Assembly: GCA_045541915.1 (NCBI GenBank)
Contig: JAZQJZ010000037.1
Span: 52,735-116,734, forward strand
DNA from: Eubacteriales bacterium
Lineage (GTDB): Bacteria; Bacillota; Clostridia; Oscillospirales; SIG627
Length of the DNA: 64,000 nt
Reading direction: 5' to 3'
Position 1 is the first letter of the stretch. Every line of letters begins with the position of its first letter. The position numbers were made by a program, and so were the translations under genes. This document shows positions 9,012 through 18,648 of the stretch, piece after piece. Below the pieces are notes generated by a model. That model searched no databases. It worked only from the letters and a program-made list of their open reading frames with translations, and had not been told where the DNA came from.

Positions 9012-10370
9012 ATGAACATTATTATTGTGGGCGGAGGCAAAGTAGGAAGCACCATTCTGGAAAGCCTTGTGGCAGAAAACCACGATGTGGTTGCCATTGA
9101 TTGCGATCCCACGGTGGTAGCGCAGCTGTCCAATGTATATGATGTGATGTGCGTTTGCGGCAACGGCGTTGACTGTGAAACGCTCACGGAGGCCGGTGCG
9201 GAAAATGCTCAGCTTTTGATTGCGGTCACCGGTTCAGATGAATTTAATATGCTTTGCTGCTTTATGGCAAAGAGAATGGGTGTGCCCAATACCATTGCCC
9301 GGATCCGCAATCCCGAATACAATGACAAAAGTCTTGGTTTTATGAGGCAGACGCTGGATATTTCCTTTGCCATCAATCCTGATGCTGTGGCGGCCAAGGA
9401 AATGTTCAATCTTCTTCAGCTCCCCGGTGCAGAAAGCATTGAAACCTTTTCCCGCCGCAATTTTGAATTGGTGGAATTGGTGATCAAACCCGGCTCTGTT
9501 TTGGATGAAATGAGCCTTGCGGAAATGAAAAAGAAATATTCCGGCTCTTATCTTGTGGGTATTGTGCAAAGAGGGGAAGAGGTGGTCATCCCCGGCGGTT
9601 CCTTTCGCTTAAAAAGCGGCGACAGGATCGGTCTTACCGCCACTGCCCAGGAATTGGAGAAGCTGTTTAAGTTGCTGGGAACCATGAAGGAACGGGCCAA
9701 AAATGTGATGATCGTTGGCGCAGGCAGATATGGCTTTTATCTTTCCAAAATGCTTTTGGAGGACGGCGCCCAGGTCACGGTGATCGATAAGGATAAGGAA
9801 GCCTGTGAGGCGTTTGCCGAGGCGCTTCCCGGTGCCATTGTGATTTATGGCGATGCCGCGTCTGAGGAACTTTTGATGGAAGAGGGACTTCTTTCCATGG
9901 ATGCCTTTGTGACGCTGACGGGCAATGATCAGGAAAATATTCTTCTCTCCTATTTGGCGGAATCCAAGGGCGTCAAAAAGACCATTACCAAGGTCAACCG
10001 GGAAGAGTTTTTGTCTATGTCGGAGAAATTGGGACTGGAGTGCACCGTTTCTCCCAGAAAAATGATTTCCGATATTCTCACCCGTTACGCCCGGGCGCTG
10101 GAAAATTCGGTGGGCAGTAAGATCGAAACTATGTATAAATTAATGGGCGGAAAAGCCGAAGCGGTGGAATTTATTGTTCGGGACGATTTCCCCTTTGTGA
10201 ACATCCCTTTGAAAGATATGAAACTGAAGGCCAACACGCTGATCGCCGGGATCATTCGGGGCAGAAAGGTCATCATCCCCTCCGGTATGGATTTCATTCA
10301 GGCCGATGACCGGGTGGTGGTGCTCACCGCAGGAAACAGTTTTGCCGACCTTTCGGATATGATGGAGTAA
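9012..10370 (+). CDS. trkA: Trk potassium uptake system NAD-binding subunit
   Basis: Two RCK domains with GGGKVG and GAGRYG Rossmann motifs. Confidence 0.95.
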   Translation: MNIIIVGGGKVGSTILESLVAENHDVVAIDCDPTVVAQLSNVYDVMCVCGNGVDCETLTEAGAENAQLLIAVTGSDEFNMLCCFMAKRMGVPNTIARIRNPEYNDKSLGFMRQTLDISFAINPDAVAAKEMFNLLQLPGAESIETFSRRNFELVELVIKPGSVLDEMSLAEMKKKYSGSYLVGIVQRGEEVVIPGGSFRLKSGDRIGLTATAQELEKLFKLLGTMKERAKNVMIVGAGRYGFYLSKMLLEDGAQVTVIDKDKEACEAFAEALPGAIVIYGDAASEELLMEEGLLSMDAFVTLTGNDQENILLSYLAESKGVKKTITKVNREEFLSMSEKLGLECTVSPRKMISDILTRYARALENSVGSKIETMYKLMGGKAEAVEFIVRDDFPFVNIPLKDMKLKANTLIAGIIRGRKVIIPSGMDFIQADDRVVVLTAGNSFADLSDMME

Positions 10371-10373
10371 ACA

Positions 10374-11822
10374 ATGAATCGGAAAATGGTTTTTCGTACG
10401 GTGGGACTGATGGTTCTTATGGAAGCAGGGCTTCTTTTGCTCCCTTTGGCCGTTTCCTTGATCTATCGGGATTCCTGCACGGTTTCGTTTTTGATCAGTA
10501 TTTTGGTGGCTCTTTTGGTGGGCGGCGCAATGGTCCTTGCGTTCAGACCGGAGGATCGGGTGATCTATGCAAGAGAGGGCTTTGCCATTACCAGCCTGGC
10601 GTGGCTGTTTCTCTCTGCCATCGGCGCGCTTCCCTTTTTTCTGTCGGGACAGATTCCCCGGTATGTAGACGCTTTTTTTGAAACGGTCAGCGGTTTTACT
10701 ACCACCGGCGCTTCTATTTTGCCGGATGTAACGGCCCTTGAAAAAGGACTTCTTTTCTGGCGCAGCTTCACTCATTGGGTGGGTGGAATGGGTGTTTTGG
10801 TGTTTTTGGTAGCCTTTCTTCAAGGGGTTTCCGATCGCACCATTCATATCATCCGGGCGGAAATGCCCGGCCCGTCGGTGGGAAAACTTCTTCCCAGAGT
10901 CAAGGATACTGCAAAGATCCTTTATATCATCTATCTGGCGATGACCGGTGTGCAGATCGTGGCGCTTCTTTGCAGCGGAATGGATTTGTTTGGCAGCGTG
11001 GTCCATACTTTCGGCACCGCCGGCACCGGCGGTTTCGGGATCTATGGGGATAGCATCGGTTCTATGACGGCACCGCAGCAGTGGATCATTACCGTTTTTA
11101 TGTTTTTGTTCGGTATCAATTTCAATTTGTATTATTTGATCTTGATCCGCCGTTTCCGCTCTGCCATCTCCTCCAGCGAACTTCGGGTATATTTCGGAGT
11201 CGTTGTGATTGCCATTGCTATTTTGTGTTTTGATCTTTCCGGTGTATATGAATCTTTTTCCGAGCTTGTTCGCCACGCTTCTTTCCAAGCGGTCTCGGTT
11301 ATGACCACCACCGGCTACTCCACGGTGGATTTCAACACCTGGCCCACCCTTTCCAAAACCGTGCTTCTCATCCTGATGTTTGTGGGCGGTTGCGCCGGAT
11401 CCACTGCGGGTGGTTTTAAGGTTTCCCGGGTGATCCTTCTTTTCAAGACCTGCCAGATCGAATTTCGCCATCTTCTCCATCCTCGCTCTGTGGGTGTTCT
11501 TCGCTTTGAGGGAAAAAAGGTGGACGGTGAGACCCGTAAAGGACTCAAGGTTTATCTTGCCCTTTACACCCTCTGCTTTTTTGCCATTCTCTTCCTTTTG
11601 GGATTCGACGGCTTTGATCTGGAGACCAACCTTAGCGCCGCCGCTGCCTGCTTTAACAACGTTGGTCCCGGTTTTGCGGCGGTAGGTCCTATGAGTTCAT
11701 ATGCTGAGTATTCGGATTTTTCCACCATTTTGCTTTCATTTTCAATGCTTTTCGGCAGACTTGAGATCTGGCCGATGATTATGTGCTTTGCCCCAGCCGC
11801 CTGGAAAGGTCGCCGGGGATAA
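10374..11822 (+). CDS. trkH: Trk potassium uptake membrane subunit
   Basis: FETVSGFTTTG, TTTGY, GGCAGSTAGG, NNVGPG and GRLE motifs. Confidence 0.95.
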   Translation: MNRKMVFRTVGLMVLMEAGLLLLPLAVSLIYRDSCTVSFLISILVALLVGGAMVLAFRPEDRVIYAREGFAITSLAWLFLSAIGALPFFLSGQIPRYVDAFFETVSGFTTTGASILPDVTALEKGLLFWRSFTHWVGGMGVLVFLVAFLQGVSDRTIHIIRAEMPGPSVGKLLPRVKDTAKILYIIYLAMTGVQIVALLCSGMDLFGSVVHTFGTAGTGGFGIYGDSIGSMTAPQQWIITVFMFLFGINFNLYYLILIRRFRSAISSSELRVYFGVVVIAIAILCFDLSGVYESFSELVRHASFQAVSVMTTTGYSTVDFNTWPTLSKTVLLILMFVGGCAGSTAGGFKVSRVILLFKTCQIEFRHLLHPRSVGVLRFEGKKVDGETRKGLKVYLALYTLCFFAILFLLGFDGFDLETNLSAAAACFNNVGPGFAAVGPMSSYAEYSDFSTILLSFSMLFGRLEIWPMIMCFAPAAWKGRRG

Positions 11823-11855
11823 AAAAAAGAACCAGTCCATAACTGGTTCTTTTTT
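11823..11855. terminator. Bidirectional intrinsic terminator
   Basis: A-run GAACCAGT-ccata-ACTGGTTC T-run between convergent genes. Confidence 0.8.
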
Positions 11856-13050
11856 ATAGATCACGGCTGATTTTTCTCATAAAAAGATAGTACCCGGTGC
11901 CGGAAAGAAACTGGCAAAGAGCACCGATCAAAAGGGTGAAAAAGCCGCCGAAAACTCCGATCATTCCGGTGACGAGTGCACCCGAGACGGCAACGCCCAA
12001 AGTGTGCAAAAGCATCCGCCAGGAGGAATACTGGCCGATGTACCGGTAATCCACAAATTTTGTAATGGAAACCGGAATGGCATAGTTGACGAAGCAGGCA
12101 AAAAAGTTGGAACAAAAGTACATGACGTAAAACATTGTCAAAGAAGTGGTGGCCAGCATCAGGGGCATGGAAATAAAAAGGCCAATGGAAGAAGCAAAAA
12201 TAATCCGGCCGCCACCTTTTTTGGCGATGACAGAAAAGATCGAGCAGCCAATCACCGAGGAAATTTGCAGAAGCAGCGTTAAAATCGCACCAGAGCTTTG
12301 ATTGGTGATATTCATAGAATGGCCAACTGTCATAGCCACACCTAAAATACCGGTAGAAAATCCGCGGAGGAGATTGGGAAGAAGTAGGGCGTAAAAGGGC
12401 TTATAGGAAAACAGATTGATTTTTTCGCCTTGATGAGGGGAGTAATCTGTCTTTGGCGGAACAGGAGAAAAAGAAAGGATCAGCAAAAAGGAGGCCAGAA
12501 GCATGGCCGCTCCCAGAAGGAAAAAGCAGAGCATGATGGTGTTGTAATGCTCTCCAGCATTTGCAGTGAAAAAAGACATCGCCGCGGAAACGAGGATGCA
12601 TAGGGCGCCGGAAATCACTCCCACAAGTCCGGAAACAGTGGAAAATTGCTCCATATCAATCACGTGGTACGGTGCTTTATAGGTCAGACTGTTGTAAAAG
12701 GCCTGAACGATGTTGGTAATGATCCCGGCAGAGAAAACCAGAAGGTATTTTCCGGTTAAGGGAATGGAGTGGAACAGACAAAGGGGGATCAGGGAAAGAA
12801 ACATTACCATCTGCAGCACGGTGGAGATGGCAAACGCACGCAGAACATTCCGGATCCGGTCAATGATCAGCGAGACGATCAAAATGACCGAAACCTGCAC
12901 CATTTGCACAACGGAAAGGTAAAGGGTGACCACCCGGTCGGAAAGACCGTTTTCCAGCAAAAAGGCTTGAATGACCGAGCCTGCGATCATCATAAGAAAG
13001 GTGCTGTAGGTGGCGGAATGAAGAATGTATTTGGTGTGATTTTGTTGCAT
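11854..13050 (-). CDS. MFS-type transporter
   Basis: 398 aa with about 12 hydrophobic segments arranged 6+6. Confidence 0.75.
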   Translation of the reverse strand: MQQNHTKYILHSATYSTFLMMIAGSVIQAFLLENGLSDRVVTLYLSVVQMVQVSVILIVSLIIDRIRNVLRAFAISTVLQMVMFLSLIPLCLFHSIPLTGKYLLVFSAGIITNIVQAFYNSLTYKAPYHVIDMEQFSTVSGLVGVISGALCILVSAAMSFFTANAGEHYNTIMLCFFLLGAAMLLASFLLILSFSPVPPKTDYSPHQGEKINLFSYKPFYALLLPNLLRGFSTGILGVAMTVGHSMNITNQSSGAILTLLLQISSVIGCSIFSVIAKKGGGRIIFASSIGLFISMPLMLATTSLTMFYVMYFCSNFFACFVNYAIPVSITKFVDYRYIGQYSSWRMLLHTLGVAVSGALVTGMIGVFGGFFTLLIGALCQFLSGTGYYLFMRKISRDL

Positions 13051-13157
13051 ATTTCCTCACAAAAAATGAAATATGAGCATTTCCTTGGGATGGTTATAGC
13101 ACAAGAAAAAACAAAAATCAATAGGTTTTGAAATTTTGAAAAGCGTTCTTTGTTTTT

Positions 13158-13331
13158 TTAGGGAATGAGGGTGTATTCAAACGCTTCAAAATGAAGCCGT
13201 TTTCCCAGATCGGTCCCCTCGGGAAGGAGCGCCAGTGCAATGAAGATATCGTTTTCTTCGCCTCTCCCGTCCTCTCGAAGCCAGGCATATTCTCCCTCAA
13301 TTTTTTGAACGGTGTAGTTTTTCGGTTCCAT
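13158..13331 (-). CDS. Small hypothetical protein (DUF3006-like)
   Basis: MEPKNYTVQKIEGEYAWL...LLPEGTDLG after a GGAAGG RBS. The longer track ORF overlaps the tRNA and is unlikely. Confidence 0.7.
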   Translation of the reverse strand: MEPKNYTVQKIEGEYAWLREDGRGEENDIFIALALLPEGTDLGKRLHFEAFEYTLIP

Positions 13332-13398
13332 CTTGATATCCTTCCTGTTTTGTTTGAAATGGAAAGTAGTCTTCCTTCGACGAAGGTGGGATATGATG

Positions 13399-13430
13399 AA
13401 AAAAGCACTCGCTTTCGCAAGTGCTTTTTT
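13399..13430 (-). terminator. Terminator downstream of tRNA-Leu
   Basis: AAAAAAGCACT...AGTGCTTTTTT hairpin. Confidence 0.75.
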
Positions 13431-13431
13431 C

Positions 13432-13518
13432 TGGTGCCGGAAGCGGGGGTCGAACCCGCACGGTATCGCTACCACTGGATTTTGAGTCCAGCACGTCTGC
13501 CAATTCCATCATTCCGGC
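13432..13518 (-). tRNA. tRNA-Leu (CAA)
   Basis: GCCGGAATGATGGAATTGGCAGACG...CTGGA-CTCAAAA-TCCAG...long variable arm...GGTTCGACCCC...CCA, 87 nt. Confidence 0.97.
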
Positions 13519-13671
13519 GCAAAAAGCATTGTAACACAAAAAAAACAGAAAATCAAGGTTTTTCTAAATTTATTTTTCTTTCCTTGAAATTTGAGGAAAG
13601 TTTTTTATTTGATGTGGAAGAAACGAAAAAAATATGATACAATAAAAAAAGAAAAAAAGGAGGTGGTAAGG

Positions 13672-14706
13672 TTGATCCCAAATGAGTTTTCCCGTGCAGT
13701 TACCGGGTGGTTTCGTGAAAATGGGCGGATCTTGCCGTGGCGCCAGGGGCGTGATCCTTACCGCATCTGGATCTCGGAAATCATGTTGCAACAGACCCGG
13801 ATCGAGGCGGTCATTCCTTATTACCACCGCTTTTTAGAGACGCTCCCCACTGTGTTCGATCTGGCCTTGTGTCCGGAGGATAAGCTTTTGAAGCTTTGGG
13901 AGGGCTTGGGCTACTATTCCCGTGCCCGGAATTTGAAAAAGGCGGCGGAGAAGATCGTTTCCGATTTTGGGGGAGAAATGCCCCGGGAAGCCAAGGTCCT
14001 GGAGACTCTTTCCGGCATTGGGGAATATACCGCCGGCGCCATTTCTTCCATTGCCTTCGGTCAGCCCTCTCCGGCAGTGGATGGCAATGTGCTTCGGGTG
14101 CTGACCCGAGTTTTGGCAGACCGGGGAGATATTGCCCTGCCGGCAACCAAAAAGCGCTTGACTGCAGCTTTAAAGGAGATTTATCCGTCGGGAGAGGAGG
14201 CCGCTCTTTTGACCGAGGGGATCATGGAGATCGGAGAGAGGGTCTGTATTCCCAACGGCGCCCCTCTTTGCTCGCTCTGTCCGCTGAAGGAAATGTGCCT
14301 TGCCTTTCGGGAGCAAATAACAGATTTAATTCCGGTGAAAAGCCCGAAAAAAGAGCGGAAAAAAGTGAAAATGACGGTTTTCCTGCTCTCTTGTAACGGT
14401 CGGTATGCTTTGAGAAAACGAGAGGAAAAAGGGCTGCTTTCGGGCATGTGGGAGTTTTATCACACCCCGGGAAAGCTTGGCCAAAAGGAGGCGCTTTTGC
14501 ACCTGGAACAAGAGGGCTTTGCCCCCGGATCCATTTCTCCTTGTGGTTCTTCTACTCACATTTTCACCCACCTGGAGTGGGAGATGAAGGGATATTTTGT
14601 CACCTGCGAAAAGGAAAAAGAGGATTTGCTCTGGAAAACAAAAGAAGAAATCGAAGCGGAATATGCCCTTCCCGGCGCCTTTCGCTATTTCAAAGAAAAG
14701 CTCTGA
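13672..14706 (+). CDS. mutY: A/G-specific adenine glycosylase
   Basis: WISEIMLQQT, WEGLGYYSRARN, VDGNVLRV, Fe-S Cys cluster, NUDIX-like C-terminus with HIFTH. TTG start after GGAGG. Confidence 0.95.
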   Translation: MIPNEFSRAVTGWFRENGRILPWRQGRDPYRIWISEIMLQQTRIEAVIPYYHRFLETLPTVFDLALCPEDKLLKLWEGLGYYSRARNLKKAAEKIVSDFGGEMPREAKVLETLSGIGEYTAGAISSIAFGQPSPAVDGNVLRVLTRVLADRGDIALPATKKRLTAALKEIYPSGEEAALLTEGIMEIGERVCIPNGAPLCSLCPLKEMCLAFREQITDLIPVKSPKKERKKVKMTVFLLSCNGRYALRKREEKGLLSGMWEFYHTPGKLGQKEALLHLEQEGFAPGSISPCGSSTHIFTHLEWEMKGYFVTCEKEKEDLLWKTKEEIEAEYALPGAFRYFKEKL

Positions 14707-14740
14707 AAAAGGCAGTGAGCCAAGCTCACTGCCTTTTTTT
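14706..14740. terminator. Bidirectional terminator
   Basis: AAAAAGGCAGTGAGC-caa-GCTCACTGCCTTTTTTT. Confidence 0.85.
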
Positions 14741-14741
14741 G

Positions 14742-16697
14742 TTATAGTTTTGCCAAATAATCTCGGGTTTCTTGGAGTCTTATGGGAATGTTCATCTTTT
14801 CATCGCCCTTATGCCAGTTTTTCCATTTGCCCTGCTCCAGAATCTTTCTCTCTTCCAGAATCTGTTCCAAAAATCCGCAAGCAGCCTTGCCCTTCTCCTT
14901 TCTCTGTTCCAGAGGAAGGGTGGGATCCACCAGATCCAGACAGTGGATACACCAACGGGTCAAAAGCAAAAGATGTTGGGTCTGATACTTTAAAAATTGA
15001 CGGAAATAAAGAAGCTGCTCCGAGGAAAGAGCCCCTTCCGCACCATTCATTTCCGAAAGGAGGGAAGACAGCTTTTCTTCGCTTTCCAAAAGAACCGGAA
15101 GCCGCTGACGGGAGGCATAATCCAAATCGCAATGAAGCTTGCCTAAAAGGGCATATTTTCCGATCCAGGTCAACTGACCGTCGGTGGCGGCATTGCGGAT
15201 AAAGGGAAGCTTTTTGTAATCGTGATAGAAGAAAAACCACTTCTCCGCAAACTGGCTTGCCAATTCGTCGCCAAAATCAGCAAAGGAATCGTAATACCGA
15301 TACCGCAAGGGAGTAATGATTTTTTGTGATTCGCCAAAGATGCTTCTGTCAAAATCCTCCACCGTTTTCCGGACGTCTGTTCCCATGGGATCTTGCAAAA
15401 TGGCAGCATTCATAGAAATGGAAAAATGCATGGGGCGCACGTTGGAAACATTCAGCATGGAGTATTTCAGCCCACCGTGACTTGCGGCCAATCGGTAAGA
15501 ATATCCCATTTTTTCCGGGTGACAGCCCTCGGCCATATGGGGCCCCAGTGCCCAGAAGGAGGTGTGATAATAAACGCCGTAGCAATCTCCGGCATTTTTT
15601 ACGGTGGTGAACATATCGCCGCCGAACATCTGGTCGATGCCAAAGTCTGCCAGAACGGGAATGGTGCTTTGGGGAAGCTTTAAAAAGCCCTTGCCGTAAA
15701 GCATTGATCCTTCATTCCACAAGGTGGCGGTGCTGTAAAAACGGTCATGTTCCAAGACACTGCAAATGATATCGTACTGAGTTTGAATGGCCCGGGTTAC
15801 CAGTGCGCCGCGTCCTTCCCAGGTGGTGGGGACGGCGGGGTCATTTTTCCAGACCGCTTCGTCCTTCTTTCCGCGCAGACCCAGCTGCCAAACCACCCGA
15901 TCCCCATATTTTGACCAAAGCTTGGCATAGTGAAGCCAAAGCTCCTTCATGGCTTCGGGATTGGAGGCAAAGGAAAGCTCTTCCTCGCGCCCTCTTTCCT
16001 GGAAATATCCTTCTGCAGAAAAATGAGAAACACCCATAGGTTCAATGTGGTGCTGGGAGATCATCATTCCGCGGTTGTAAGCGACCTCCACCAGTGCTCT
16101 TTCTCCGGGCTTTTCCAGATTCAAAAGCGTTGCCGGGATGATCAAATTATACTCCAGACGCAGGGCCGTTTCAACGACTGCATCCATAACATCGGGGTGC
16201 ATTACGCGCTTGTAATAAGCGTAATCCAGGCCTCTTTCATACCCGCTTTCCTCCAGATCGGAAAGCAGATCCTCGTCGTTGATAAACCAGCCGCGAAACC
16301 GTACCGGCCGGCAAGGGGAAGAAAAGGATTTCTCCTCTACCACCATTTCTTCTCTTGTTTTCGGAAACAGATCAATGAATCGGTGGGTAGGGAGGACCTT
16401 CAGGCAACGGGTGGAAAAGGCGTAAATGCCGAAAACTGTTCCCAATACATCGGATCCGGTGATCGAAACGCAGTTTTCGCTGATGGTGACGGTATATGCC
16501 TCCGGCTCTGTACCATTTTCCGTGCGGATCACAATACCGCTTTCAGAAAAGACTCCTTTCTTGATTGAAAAGCCGGTTTCATTTCCCGAAAGGCGGCGCA
16601 GATCCCTCTGGAGATCCTTTGCCGCAAAGAGGATGGCTTGGTCTGCGTTTTCTTCCAGAGAGATTTTTACGCTTTCATTCCGATCAAATAATTTCAT
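14742..16697 (-). CDS. GH115-like glycoside hydrolase (alpha-glucuronidase family), no signal peptide
   Basis: GSDVLGTVFGIY, VRFRGWFINDED, SQHHIEPM, LGLRGKKD, GVYYH and LNVSNVRP resemble GH115 motifs. Confidence 0.75.
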   Translation of the reverse strand: MKLFDRNESVKISLEENADQAILFAAKDLQRDLRRLSGNETGFSIKKGVFSESGIVIRTENGTEPEAYTVTISENCVSITGSDVLGTVFGIYAFSTRCLKVLPTHRFIDLFPKTREEMVVEEKSFSSPCRPVRFRGWFINDEDLLSDLEESGYERGLDYAYYKRVMHPDVMDAVVETALRLEYNLIIPATLLNLEKPGERALVEVAYNRGMMISQHHIEPMGVSHFSAEGYFQERGREEELSFASNPEAMKELWLHYAKLWSKYGDRVVWQLGLRGKKDEAVWKNDPAVPTTWEGRGALVTRAIQTQYDIICSVLEHDRFYSTATLWNEGSMLYGKGFLKLPQSTIPVLADFGIDQMFGGDMFTTVKNAGDCYGVYYHTSFWALGPHMAEGCHPEKMGYSYRLAASHGGLKYSMLNVSNVRPMHFSISMNAAILQDPMGTDVRKTVEDFDRSIFGESQKIITPLRYRYYDSFADFGDELASQFAEKWFFFYHDYKKLPFIRNAATDGQLTWIGKYALLGKLHCDLDYASRQRLPVLLESEEKLSSLLSEMNGAEGALSSEQLLYFRQFLKYQTQHLLLLTRWCIHCLDLVDPTLPLEQRKEKGKAACGFLEQILEERKILEQGKWKNWHKGDEKMNIPIRLQETRDYLAKL

Positions 16698-16714
16698 TTT
16701 TGATCCTCCTTATT

Positions 16715-17182
16715 TTATGAAAGGGAAGGGGGAATCAGTGCCTTGAAAAGTCCCTCCAGGCCGGTTACCACGTCTTGATAGGTTTCGTTAAAATTGCCGG
16801 TATACCAAGGGTCGGAAATGTCCCGATCCAGTCCGGCCCAGGAGAGAAGAGAGGAAATCTTGTCTTCATTTTCTCCAATAAAGCGCTGGAGATTTCTCCT
16901 ATTGTTCCGGTCCATCACGATGATCAGATCCGCCTGGTCACATTCCTTTTTTGTGATCTGCTGGGCGTATTTTCCGTCACACCGGATCCCAAGTCGCTCC
17001 AGCACTCTTCTGGTTCCCGGATGCACCGGGTTTCCCAATTCTTCAGTGCTGGTGGCGCGGGAGGAAATTTCAAATAAATGGGAGAGGCCCTTCTTTTCCA
17101 CCATATCCCGGAAAATGAATTCCGCCATCGTGCTCCGGCAAATATTGCCGTGGCAGACAAAAACAATGTGTTTCTTTTTCAA
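16715..17182 (-). CDS. Low-molecular-weight protein tyrosine phosphatase
   Basis: FVCHGNICRS P-loop and DPWY. Confidence 0.93.
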   Translation of the reverse strand: MKKKHIVFVCHGNICRSTMAEFIFRDMVEKKGLSHLFEISSRATSTEELGNPVHPGTRRVLERLGIRCDGKYAQQITKKECDQADLIIVMDRNNRRNLQRFIGENEDKISSLLSWAGLDRDISDPWYTGNFNETYQDVVTGLEGLFKALIPPSLS

Positions 17183-17823
17183 ATCAATTCCTCGATCTTT
17201 TCATAAAGCTCCTGGGCAGTATCTGCCAGATGCTCGGCTCCGGCCTCCAAAAGATCTTCCCGATCGCGGAAGCCCCAGGTCAGCGCAACGCAGGCCATTC
17301 CCAGATTTTTTGCCGTTTGAACGTCCACCTCGGAATCGCCTACGTAAAGGCAGTTTTCCTTTTCCACCTTCAAAAGGCGCATCGCCTCCAAAATGGAATC
17401 GGGATGGGGCTTGCGGCGGATTCCCTCTCGCTCTCCAACGGAAAAGGAAACGGTGGGAAAATAAGTTCGGGTCAGGGTCTGTACGGCAAAATCCGGCTTG
17501 TTGGAGATAATGGCGGTGACATAGCCTTCCTTCTGCAATCGCTCAAGCAATTGGGGAATGCCCGGATAGGGCTGAGTGTGATCCTCGGAATGCTTGCCGT
17601 AGTGCTCCCGGAAAATGGGAAGGGCCTCCTCCAAGCGGTCTTTGGCATAGTCAGGCAGGGATTTTTTCATCAGATTCACCACACCGTTTCCCAGAAAACT
17701 CCGAATCTCTTTTGTACTCCTTTTGGGCAGATCCATCTTTTGCAGTGTGAAATTTACGGAAATGCAAAGATCCTCAAGGGTATCAAGCAAGGTTCCGTCT
17801 AAATCAAAAAATACAGCTTTCAT
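17179..17823 (-). CDS. HAD-family hydrolase (phosphoglycolate phosphatase-like)
   Basis: FDLDGTL, SNK, KPHP and VGDS..D motifs. Confidence 0.92.
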   Translation of the reverse strand: MKAVFFDLDGTLLDTLEDLCISVNFTLQKMDLPKRSTKEIRSFLGNGVVNLMKKSLPDYAKDRLEEALPIFREHYGKHSEDHTQPYPGIPQLLERLQKEGYVTAIISNKPDFAVQTLTRTYFPTVSFSVGEREGIRRKPHPDSILEAMRLLKVEKENCLYVGDSEVDVQTAKNLGMACVALTWGFRDREDLLEAGAEHLADTAQELYEKIEELI

Positions 17824-17910
17824 AAAAAACCTCGTCTCTCTGTTGCAAATGTTATTTGAATTTTATCACGTATTCCGGCAAAAAGCAAGATTGGTGTCTT
17901 TTTTTCGAAA

Positions 17911-17943
17911 GTTTACATTCTGTTTAAATTAAAGCGTTATAAT
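17911..17943 (+). promoter_or_regulatory. OmpR-type direct repeat plus -10 box upstream of the two-component operon
   Basis: GTTTACATT-ct-GTTTAAATT followed by TATAAT at 17938. Confidence 0.55.
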
Positions 17944-17970
17944 GAAAAAAAGACTCTGGAGGAAACGAAA

Positions 17971-18648
17971 ATGTTCAAGGTTATGGTGGTGGAGGATGAC
18001 GCCAATACGCGCCTTTTATTTTGCAAGATTTTAGAGCAAAACGGTTATTCTCCCATTGCCGCAAAGGATGGGGAGGATGCCCTGGAAAAAATGGATCACG
18101 AGCATGTGGATCTGATTGTGCTTGATGTGATGATGCCCCGGATGGACGGATTCGAATTTACCCGCACCCTGCGCTTTGCCGACTGCAACATTCCCATTTT
18201 AATGATCACGGCAAAGGACGGCCGGATGGACAAACGGGAAGGTTTTTTGGTGGGGACAGATGATTATATGACAAAGCCGGTGGATGAAGAGGAAATGCTC
18301 CTTCGGATCGCGGCCCTTTTGCGCAGAAGCCGCATCAATTCTTCTCACCGAATTGAGATCGGACAGACGGTGTTGGATTATGATTCCCTTTCAGTGATCA
18401 CACCCGAGGGAAGCACTTTCTTGCCTCAAAAGGAATTTTTGGTGCTTTTTAAGCTCCTTTCCTTCCAAAACAAAATCTTCACCCGGCGTCAGCTGATGGA
18501 CGAGATCTGGAATCTGGATTCCGAAAGTGACGAGAGAACTGTGGATGTTCACATTCATCGCTTGCGGGATCGCTTTGAGAACAATCCGGATTTTCAGATC
18601 CAGACCATTCGCGGTCTGGGCTATAAGGCGGTGAAAAAGAATGGCTAG
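17971..18648 (+). CDS. OmpR-family response regulator (HssR-like)
   Basis: VEDD, LDVMMP, KP, RTVDVHIHRLR and TIRGLGY motifs. Confidence 0.93.
   Translation: MFKVMVVEDDANTRLLFCKILEQNGYSPIAAKDGEDALEKMDHEHVDLIVLDVMMPRMDGFEFTRTLRFADCNIPILMITAKDGRMDKREGFLVGTDDYMTKPVDEEEMLLRIAALLRRSRINSSHRIEIGQTVLDYDSLSVITPEGSTFLPQKEFLVLFKLLSFQNKIFTRRQLMDEIWNLDSESDERTVDVHIHRLRDRFENNPDFQIQTIRGLGYKAVKKNG

Noticed and set aside
10140-11480. 446-aa minus-strand ORF
   Set aside because: Antisense to trkA/trkH, with no domain signal.
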